Both the position numbers and the translations under genes were made by a program. Shown in pieces: positions 55,531 through 64,000 of a DNA stretch of 64,000 bases (positions are counted from its first letter, which is position 1; each line of letters begins with the position of its first letter). The stretch is taken from NCBI GenBank assembly GCA_004431415.1, contig QPMI01000693.1, forward strand, positions 1 to 64,000. Reading direction: 5' to 3'. This stretch comes from Cyanophora paradoxa CCMP329. Its lineage: Eukaryota; Plantae; Glaucophyta. The notes under the pieces were generated by a model. It was not told the origin of the DNA, ran no database searches, and worked only from the letters and a program-made list of their open reading frames with translations.

Positions 55531-55840
55531 GGTTACTTTAAGGTTACTCGGAGTTACTCGGAGTTACTCAGAGAGGTTACGTAGCGGTTCCGTTAATTTG
55601 TTACCATTTTCAGTATTGATATACCGAATTTCTCTTTATTTCACAGCTGTGAGTTACGGTTACGCAACTTTTTGAATTCTTTCTGAAAATTTGGAGGGGG
55701 GTCTTTTTATAGGTGAAGGTCTAAAACTTGCGTAACCGCGTAACTTGCGTAACCTCTACGACATTATGGTGTCATTTCTCTATTATTTTGGGTTACGTAA
55801 CGTTTCTCCTTGCGTAACTTGTGTAACCTTAACGTAACCT
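55531..55840. repeat. GTTAC/GTAAC dispersed repeat, copy D, just downstream of the helicase (inverted copy 59546-59856)
   Basis: Same core plus GAGTTACTCG tandem units. Confidence 0.9.
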
Positions 55841-55984
55841 TCTTATTAATACATAGATATCACATGTTCTCTCTTGTTATCATTTGTTGGCGTTATAGAA
55901 TGTAGGTAAGACATCGGAAAAAGTGAAAAAATGACATCTTAACTACATATAAGGTTGTTGTGATATATTCATTTGATAATTAAG

Positions 55985-56208
55985 ATGGCTTGCAAACTCC
56001 CGAACGCATCGACATGGGTGAATATCTCATTAAAGACCTTCCGGAAGAGTTAAAACCACTTGCACGCAAGATGGACTTAAAAGGAATACGAGAATACTAT
56101 GAGAGAACCTACCCTGATTTATACAAGAAAAAACAGCGTGTCGAACCATCGGAATGCATCACTGTTAAGGTTCCAAAAGGCGTAAAGGTCAGAATTCAGA
56201 GAATCTAA
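55985..56208 (+). CDS. Small hypothetical protein (intact reading in inverted copy 59177-59413)
   Basis: Same ORF in both arms, differing by a 1-nt indel near the start. Confidence 0.55.
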
Positions 56209-56272
56209 CACGCTGAATAATATAAAAACAATTTTAACACATGATTAATAGAAACAAAAAGAAACATTTAAA

Positions 56273-56590
56273 ATGAAGATCTTCTACGCTATCAGAGAGC
56301 ATGACGCCCTTCTTTTTTATACGCGATTCTTTGAGAATCCGGAAAACAGATGTATGGATAAATTCGAAGACTTTTGTAAAGAGTTTACCCAAATCGCTTA
56401 TGGTAACACTGAAATACGAAAACCATCAAGGAAGCAAAAATTAAAAGACCTTTTTCAAAACATGCTTTTGTCATTTGATGCTGATAATAGAAATACTGAA
56501 TATCATAATACAGTCACGGGATCTGTTAGGGAACGTCTCCAAGAGAAATTAGCAAAACGAAGAATATCACAATGTGTAACCTCTTGTTAA
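56273..56590 (+). CDS. Hypothetical protein, 105 aa (inverted copy 58795-59112)
   Basis: Identical ATG ORF in both arms. Confidence 0.6.
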   Translation: MKIFYAIREHDALLFYTRFFENPENRCMDKFEDFCKEFTQIAYGNTEIRKPSRKQKLKDLFQNMLLSFDADNRNTEYHNTVTGSVRERLQEKLAKRRISQCVTSC

Positions 56591-56803
56591 ACGCACTTTA
56601 AAAAGGGTCTTTTTGCAAACCTCACAGAATCGTGTAGGTTTATGTTTCAATCTACGCAAACAGCTACAATGTCCTGTATAGGTAGTTTTGAGAGTAAAAA
56701 CTTTTAACAATTTGTTAAACGCACTTTAAAAAGGGTCTTTTTTGCAAATCTCCACAGAATTGTGTAGGTTTATGTTTCGACCTACGCAACAGCTACAATG
56801 TCC
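56584..56803. repeat. Two ~90-bp direct repeats with ~127-bp period
   Basis: TTGTTAAACGCACTTTAAAAAGGGTC...CAGCTACAATGTCC at 56584 and 56711. Confidence 0.88.
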
Positions 56804-57036
56804 GACATGTCGCAAACAGTCCACACATCCATTTATGGTCGAATCTAATGATGCTACATATGGATTCGTCGGAAAAGAGAATTAACATAATGCTCATAGA
56901 AAAACCTTAATATACTCTCTTTTTCCGGCTTACTAAAATAACAAATGCACTTTTGGGGAATATTCCATTTTGTATGTGGAAATATCGCGAGAATTATTTA
57001 TTTAAAAGAAAACTGATATATAATGGTTAAGCTAAA

Positions 57037-58392
57037 ATGCCTGCAAGACTCACAAAAGAGATTTTTGTAGAAAGAGCGAAAGCAAAGCATGGCGACAAAT
57101 ACGGATTTGATAAAACCGTTTTTACCAAAGGAACCGAGAAAGTAAAAATATTCTGCTTTGAATGTAATGAATACTTTGACATTTCAGCTAAGAGTTTTTT
57201 AAATAAGAATGGACATAAGAAATGTGGAATTAAAAGAAGAGCTGATAAAAGACGTTCAAACTTAAACGCTTTTATTACTTCTGCACAGTCCATACATGGA
57301 GATAAGTATAACTACGACAGTGTGGAATATGTTAGTAGCACAAATGAGGTTACCATTAAGTGTCTTTCTTGCAATGAAGTTTTTTCACAGACCCCACGAG
57401 ACCATTTAAGGGGACATGGTTGTAAAGAGTGTGGAAACCGAACAGCGGGAGATAAAAAAAGAAACACAAAAGAAGATTTTGTGGAAAAGGCGCGAGAAAT
57501 TCATGGACTAAAATATGGATTTGATAAGGTTGTTTATACGAAAGCAAGTGAAAAGGTTAATATTTACTGCTCTGAATGTAATGAATACTTCTTAGCGACT
57601 CCCAATCATCTGATAAATGGTCGAGGTCATAAAAAATGTGGAATACAGAGAAGAGCCAATAAACGACGCTCTGACATTGCAACTCTTTTAGATTCCGCCC
57701 GTTCCATCCATGGTGATAAATATGATTACTCAAAGGTAAAATTTGGAACTATTGCAAAGAAAGTGATCATAACTTGTAAAAAATGCAATAGTGACTTTTC
57801 CCAAACTTTGGGTAGTCACATTGGGAGCAAAACAGGATGTCCGAAATGCGGACGCAAAACAGTGGGACTTAAAAATAGAAATTCTACACTCGAAGTTATT
57901 GAAAGGTTTAAAGAAATTCATGGTGATCTTTTCGATTATTCAAATGTCGAATTTGTCACAATGCGAACACCTGTGAAAATAAAGTGTAATTCATGTGAAT
58001 CCCTTTTCGAAAGAACACCCCACGAACACTGTCGGAGCGGTTGCCCCAAATGCAAACGTGGTATTTCAAAAGGAGAGAAAGAAGTTCAAAAAGTGTTAGA
58101 CTCTTTAAAAATAGAATATTCACAACAGTTTTGTTTTAAAGATTGTCGCCATAAACAGCCTCTCAAATTTGATTTTTATATCCCTTCTTTAAGATTTGGG
58201 ATTGAATATGACGGAGAACAGCATTTTTACCCAATCGAGCGGTTTAATGGAGAGGAAGGACTAAGACTGACACAGATAAGAGATGGAATAAAAAACAGAT
58301 ACTGTGAGACCAACAACATTAGACTTTTAAGGATACCATATACTGAAAAAGACATTAAAGGATGTATCGACAACTTCTTAAAAAACCTCTGA
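57037..58392 (+). CDS. Homing-endonuclease-like protein: four Zn-ribbon repeats (DUF723/Hef-like) plus C-terminal DUF559/Vsr-like PD-(D/E)xK nuclease
   Basis: Repeated F..A...HG.KY.Y/F...V.I.C..C...F...HL...GC..C units (five HG.KY/F starts); SKGE, FDFYIP, IEYDGEQH, RD..KN.YC, LLRIPY. Confidence 0.85.
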   Translation: MPARLTKEIFVERAKAKHGDKYGFDKTVFTKGTEKVKIFCFECNEYFDISAKSFLNKNGHKKCGIKRRADKRRSNLNAFITSAQSIHGDKYNYDSVEYVSSTNEVTIKCLSCNEVFSQTPRDHLRGHGCKECGNRTAGDKKRNTKEDFVEKAREIHGLKYGFDKVVYTKASEKVNIYCSECNEYFLATPNHLINGRGHKKCGIQRRANKRRSDIATLLDSARSIHGDKYDYSKVKFGTIAKKVIITCKKCNSDFSQTLGSHIGSKTGCPKCGRKTVGLKNRNSTLEVIERFKEIHGDLFDYSNVEFVTMRTPVKIKCNSCESLFERTPHEHCRSGCPKCKRGISKGEKEVQKVLDSLKIEYSQQFCFKDCRHKQPLKFDFYIPSLRFGIEYDGEQHFYPIERFNGEEGLRLTQIRDGIKNRYCETNNIRLLRIPYTEKDIKGCIDNFLKNL

Positions 58393-59926
58393 AAAAGCGA
58401 TATTTCCACATACAAAATGGAATATTCCCCAAAAGTGCATTTGTTATTTTAGTAAGCCGGAAAAAGAGAGTATATTAAGGTTTTTCTATGAGCATTATGT
58501 TAATTCTCTTTTCCGACGAATCCATATGTAGCATCATTAGATTCGACCATAAATGGATGTGTGGACTGTTTGCGACATGTCGGACATTGTAGCTGTTGCG
58601 TAGGTCGAAACATAAACCTACACAATTCTGTGGAGATTTGCAAAAAAGACCCTTTTTAAAGTGCGTTTAACAAATTGTTAAAAGTTTTTACTCTCAAAAC
58701 TACCTATACAGGACATTGTAGCTGTTTGCGTAGATTGAAACATAAACCTACACGATTCTGTGAGGTTTGCAAAAAGACCCTTTTTAAAGTGCGTTTAACA
58801 AGAGGTTACACATTGTGATATTCTTCGTTTTGCTAATTTCTCTTGGAGACGTTCCCTAACAGATCCCGTGACTGTATTATGATATTCAGTATTTCTATTA
58901 TCAGCATCAAATGACAAAAGCATGTTTTGAAAAAGGTCTTTTAATTTTTGCTTCCTTGATGGTTTTCGTATTTCAGTGTTACCATAAGCGATTTGGGTAA
59001 ACTCTTTACAAAAGTCTTCGAATTTATCCATACATCTGTTTTCCGGATTCTCAAAGAATCGCGTATAAAAAAGAAGGGCGTCATGCTCTCTGATAGCGTA
59101 GAAGATCTTCATTTTAAATGTTTCTTTTTGTTTCTATTAATCATGTGTTAAAATTGTTTTTATATTATTCAGCGTGTTAGATTCTCTGAATTCTGACCTT
59201 TACGCCTTTTGGAACCTTAACAGTGATGCATTCCGATGGTTCGACACGCTGTTTTTTCTTGTATAAATCAGGGTAGGTTCTCTCATAGTATTCTCGTATT
59301 CCTTTTAAGTCCATCTTGCGTGCAAGTGGTTTTAACTCTTCCGGAAGGTCTTTAATGAGATATTCACCCATGTCGATGCGTTCGGGGAGTTTGCAAGCCA
59401 TCTTAATTATCAAATGAATATATCACAACAACCTTATATGTAGTTAAGATGTCATTTTTTCACTTTTTCCGATGTCTTACCTACATTCTATAACGCCAAC
59501 AAATGATAACAAGAGAGAACATGTGATATCTATGTATTAATAAGAAGGTTACGTTAAGGTTACACAAGTTACGCAAGGAGAAACGTTACGTAACCCAAAA
59601 TAATAGAGAAATGACACCATAATGTCGTAGAGGTTACGCAAGTTACGCGGTTACGCAAGTTTTAGACCTTCACCTATAAAAAGACCCCCCTCCAAATTTT
59701 CAGAAAGAATTCAAAAAGTTGCGTAACCGTAACTCACAGCTGTGAAATAAAGAGAAATTCGGTATATCAATACTGAAAATGGTAACAAATTAACGGAACC
59801 GCTACGTAACCTCTCTGAGTAACTCCGAGTAACTCCGAGTAACCTTAAAGTAACCTTCTATTAAGAACCGAGTCTTACGGTTCATGATCATAAAAAAGAT
59901 ATCAATAGTATATTTTCCAATAAGTT

Positions 59927-62806
59927 TTATTCCACATCTTCGTCATCGTCTTCAAAATCGTTAGCGCGGTTCTTTGTGAGACCGAGATAAACACGCTTCG
60001 ATTTTCCACCAACCTTTTTTACAGTCGAGCCGATCTTAAACACCTCCATCACCTTATTGCTTACAGCTCGTCCTGTTATCGCTGCTCTTCTATCAACATC
60101 TCTCATCGTATTTGAGCAATCCTTAAACAGATCGTCACATATTATGTATTTCGTGTTATCCTCCGCCAAAGCGTAGTTGTCCCTTAGGAATGTGCCGATA
60201 CGGTCGCTGTCCGCGAGATAATTAGCGGAATGTTCGAGGATGCATTTGGGCGGATGGTCGATTATATGATTAACATCATGGTTTTTAAGCATGTCTATGA
60301 GAATCTCCATGTTTGCCCTGCGCCATTCACCATTTACGTCATTATCGGGATTCAACAACCCGGTAAGGTCTTTATCCGCTTTCTTCTGTCCGGGCTTAGG
60401 TTCGACGGCATAGACCTGCTGAAATGGAACAGAACGGAAGCGGCGCGCTACTGCATTGTCGGGCTGATCAAATTCGAGGTTATTATTACAGAGGATGACG
60501 ATAACAAACATCGGAACGAATGAAATGGGTTCTCTGAAAAGGGTTCTTACTGTGATCTCATCACAACCTGTGAAATTCTTGATTTGTCCCGACAACAGTT
60601 TGCTACCCGTGTTTGGTTCGTTTGTATGGACGAGCCTAACACCTTGCTTATTCGCAAGTTCCGGAATCATTCCATTACCTTTATCCTCCTTCGTGAAAAT
60701 CCCAATGCTCATATTTCGTGAGTAGTCGCCAAATGTCTTATGCATGAAATTTTCGATTACGCTCTTTCCGTTCGAGCCGATACCCGTAAACATATAGAAA
60801 AACTGCATGTTATTTTTACCCGTTAGAGACTTGGCATAAACAGCCTTAATGTATCTTGCAAGTTCGACATTGTCACCTGTGATATCCATGTAGAAGTCAT
60901 TGAGTCGTTTGACCTTCTCAGGATCCACCGGAATATCATAGTTATAACAGACTGTCTTAGTCATCATATCAGAAGAACGACCATTACGGAACTCAAACGT
61001 GTTAAGATCATAAACGCCATCGTCAAAGCCAACAACATTCGCGACTGAATCCAACCTATCGGCAAATGTCTCATCGTAAAGGTCATGAGAGAGATATGTA
61101 AGAAGTCCTTTCGTGTAACCTCCACAGTTAAGTTTTTGCGCAATTTTTGCACAGGCGGCTGCCTTTACTGCGAATTCCTTTTTATCGCTCTGTTCCTCCG
61201 CCTTTGCCGCCTTGGTAGCCAATGGTTCTCCCGGTCTAAGTATGCTTTCCGACAACCTCACCGATAAGAGTTATCATACCACCATCATACTTATTATCTA
61301 CCTTCCAAAATCCGGTTTTCTCATTCAGGATCAACCACAGACCACGTGAAAACCGCACTTTGTAGCCAATTAATGCTTTACAGATCTTGCTAACAGGAAG
61401 TGGGAGACCTTGACTTAATAGCGTCTTATCCATTTCTAATTTGATTTGAGCCATCTTATCATTCATGGCGCTAACATCGGAATAGTCATTCTCATCCATA
61501 CACACCTCCTCATCGATAAATGCAAACTGTCGGCTTGGTTTAAACAGTCCATAATACGTGTCCGGGTTATCCTCTCTCAGATAATGCACAAGTGAGCCGA
61601 AAGTTATAGTTTTGTTTTCGGAACCGGATTTTTTGCCTTTGCGGATACTCATCCATTTGTTCGCGCATTCATCATAATCATACTTAGGGCTTTTCTCGGA
61701 GTATTCGTGAAACAGCGCCTCCTGTTTCGTGGGTGGTATATTGTTTTCCTCTCCAACATTCGCGATTGCGAAACCAACATTAAGCCAACCTTCGTATGTA
61801 TCCGATCTTTCAGCACTAAGACCCATCACGACTTCTCTCAGTTTCTCAAATGAAACGTTATTAGACTCCTCCGGCTGCTCTTCACTCTCCGTTTTCTTTG
61901 TTGTTTTTTTGCTTGTCGTCGCCGTCTCCTTCTTCTTTGTTGTGGTCTCCTTCTTGGTCGTCTCCTTCTTGGTCGTCTCCTTCTTGGTTTCAGTCTTGCC
62001 TTCCTCCTTCATTTGCTCTTTTGCAACTTCCGCCTTTGCCGACCGTTCGTTTTTCTCATCTTGGGTTAGGTTAGCATCAAACATATACATGTTTGATTCA
62101 TCGATAAGCACAGTGGGCAATCCGTGAATTGCGCGAAAAAGTCGCTGTCATACATGGTTTCACAATCCACGAATTTGGTAAATACTACATCCTTATCAAC
62201 ATCGCGTTTAGTCTTGTTTTGGGAATCCAACCATTTACCCTTGCAACTACCCAGACAAACAAGCGCCTGCCTTGTCTTATAAACGAGTGGGTCATAATCC
62301 ACCTTTGGCGTTAGTCCGATTACATTTAAGAATTTCGGGATGTCTTCATGACGACAGCACAGATCGGTAAAGACGAAATGCCCCGATACCTTAAATTGGG
62401 TCACATCTTCCTTAACGAAATGGACAGGACGATGACGCACTGAAACAGCAATGGTAGCACCGGTGAGTTCGTGTAGTCTGTTGCGCATCTCACGGATGAA
62501 TTCATCGGCTTCCTTGTAGTTATCGGCAACATCCGGTTTAAGATCCACATAGCCGTCATAATCCAGATAGACACGGGTAATTTCGTTTGGCTGAATGCAT
62601 TCGGCGTAGGTCGGTTTTTTTCCTTTCTTCAAATCATCATTAATCCTTTCCGTAATCTGATGGTCGAAATACTCTATGACAGTCTCGCTGTCAGTATTCG
62701 GAGTGAGACAATGGAGAAATGACCCCCAATTATGTTTCTCAGGTGTAAATTTGCACAGGTTACCGAGTCTCTCACAGGGAGTTGCGATTTTCGTGTTAGC
62801 GTTCAT
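59927..62806 (-). CDS. Inverted copy of the primase-helicase (apparent frameshifts near 62110 and 61250)
   Basis: Reverse complement of 52581-55459. Confidence 0.9.
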
Positions 62807-62984
62807 TTTCAGCGATTGGTTCTTAACTTTCTCAAAGAAAATAATCCGAGGAATTGATGAATTCCTTTTTACCTTATCTTCTCAGCAAGTCCTTAAATGC
62901 TTTTCGGTTGCCCACGGCACTTTAATGATTTGGCTTAGGTTATAAAAAGAGAAAGTAAAGCGTCATTTTTTCACCTCCTACCAA

Positions 62985-63434
62985 TCAATTCGCTACGATT
63001 TTTTCCGATGATGCATCGGGATTACAAGTATTGTATTTACGAGGTCGTCCCCCTTTCTTTGCCGTCTCTTGCTCAGTTACCTTAGAAGCCTTTTCGAGGC
63101 GTTTCCGTTCTTGGTAGTTCCGCGTTATCTCTTTCCTTCTATTCCTAAATTTTTCATCCTCCGCATATCGCCGCTGAATATACAAAGCCATCTTTTCCAA
63201 TCTCTCCGGTGGATTAACTGTTTTCTCACCATTTGCGATTCTTTGTTGTTTCATCTCCTGATACTTTACACGCTTCCTCTCCGCATCTTTTGCCCTTCTT
63301 ATTCTTGCCTTTTCTTCCCGTTCTTCCTCAGTCAATCCTGTTTTTTCCTTCTTTATATTCCTTTCAACCGGTGGGACAGGTTCCCCATTCTGAATAGCGA
63401 AAAGCTCTTGGTTTGATTTCCGAGTATTCGCCAT
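62985..63434 (-). CDS. Inverted copy of the basic coiled-coil/AT-hook protein
   Basis: Identical to 40252-40701. Confidence 0.7.
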   Translation of the reverse strand: MANTRKSNQELFAIQNGEPVPPVERNIKKEKTGLTEEEREEKARIRRAKDAERKRVKYQEMKQQRIANGEKTVNPPERLEKMALYIQRRYAEDEKFRNRRKEITRNYQERKRLEKASKVTEQETAKKGGRPRKYNTCNPDASSEKIVAN

Positions 63435-64000
63435 TATTCCTCTATATAAGAGTTAGATAATATCCCTTTCACTTCTCTTTTAAGTCAAACCCTTAAATAC
63501 CTTTCTGTGTTTTACAGCGTCAATTTTTGGACATCAACCGTAAAACTTGTAACAAAATTTTCAATCTGTAACAGTAAAGTGTAACATGGAAGGCATCGAA
63601 TACATTGAAATTGTAACGGATGAAATGGAAATGGGCGAATATCAACATGAGATGGGCAAATATCAACATGAGATGGGCGAATATCAACATGGGATGGGCA
63701 AATATCAACATGAGATGGGCGAATATCAACATGAGATGTCCATGTGGAAGCGTATTTAATGCATAGTTACAGGTTAAGTAATGACGGTGATTATACACCT
63801 TCCGATGTAATCCATGCTGAAATAGAAGAGCTTATAGACTTTCCGATTTCAAAAACAGCCATCGGAATCGTGATTAAGCGCATTTTCGGGATTAAATCAC
63901 ATGCTGTAAGAATTGATGGCGTTCTTAAAAGAGTGTTCGACATTGAGAAACTCTAAGTTAATTAAAGAAACTGTAACAGATAGTAGCACAACCCAATGAA

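Larger units (their letters stand above)
34960..64000. mobile_element. AT-rich capsid-less replicon (plasmid/satellite/transpoviron-like or fragment of a second virus), interrupted by the duplicated GC-rich block at ~41352-46670
   Basis: Abrupt composition switch, own primase-helicase, own repeat families, intronless genes, no capsid gene in the window. Confidence 0.6.
51388..64000. repeat. Long inverted repeat: 51388-56988 versus 58397-64000 (right arm runs off the window)
   Basis: Mirror-image ORFs; arms end at ...GTGGAAATATCGC and begin GCGATATTTCCAC... Confidence 0.96.

Noticed and set aside
52581-62806. Programmed frameshifting in the primase-helicase
   Set aside because: Frameshift positions differ between copies, and one continuous ORF can be rebuilt from them.
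1-64000. tRNA/rRNA genes, integrase, DNA polymerase, VLTF2
   Set aside because: None recognisable by eye; absence needs confirming with tRNAscan-SE and HMM searches, and they may lie outside the window.

Overview
The window has two compositionally distinct parts. (1) 1-~34,960 is GC-rich and looks like a small Nucleocytoviricota-related virus of the Yaravirus/Mriyavirus type. It encodes two adjacent HUH endonucleases, VLTF3, an A32-like packaging ATPase, a RuvC/A22-like resolvase, a probable double jelly-roll major capsid protein, a possible penton, a DUF5767-like protein, an SSB and a YqaJ-like nuclease. No DNA or RNA polymerase is visible. Virion/late-type genes are intronless and share an upstream (A/T)TTT(T)C motif. 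Two divergent genes at 25-33.6 kb are instead split by many short GT-AG introns; one is a large D5/SF3 helicase whose Walker A motif exists only after splicing. A 127-bp inverted repeat around a TAGTACTAAG array (21.9-22.35 kb) is a candidate origin or terminus junction. (2) From ~34,960 an AT-rich, capsid-less replicon follows. It has its own AEP primase-PriCT-2-D5 helicase, a stand-alone copy of that helicase's winged-helix domain, dispersed ~300-bp GTTAC/GTAAC palindromic repeats, an 11-unit interspaced repeat array, two RING proteins, and a Zn-ribbon-repeat PD-(D/E)xK endonuclease that exactly fills the loop of a >=5.6-kb inverted repeat. 29,627-41,344 is tandemly duplicated at 41,352-53,043. 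Most frameshifts in the repeated copies are single-base homopolymer indels typical of long-read error. Family assignments are from motif recognition by eye, not database searches.
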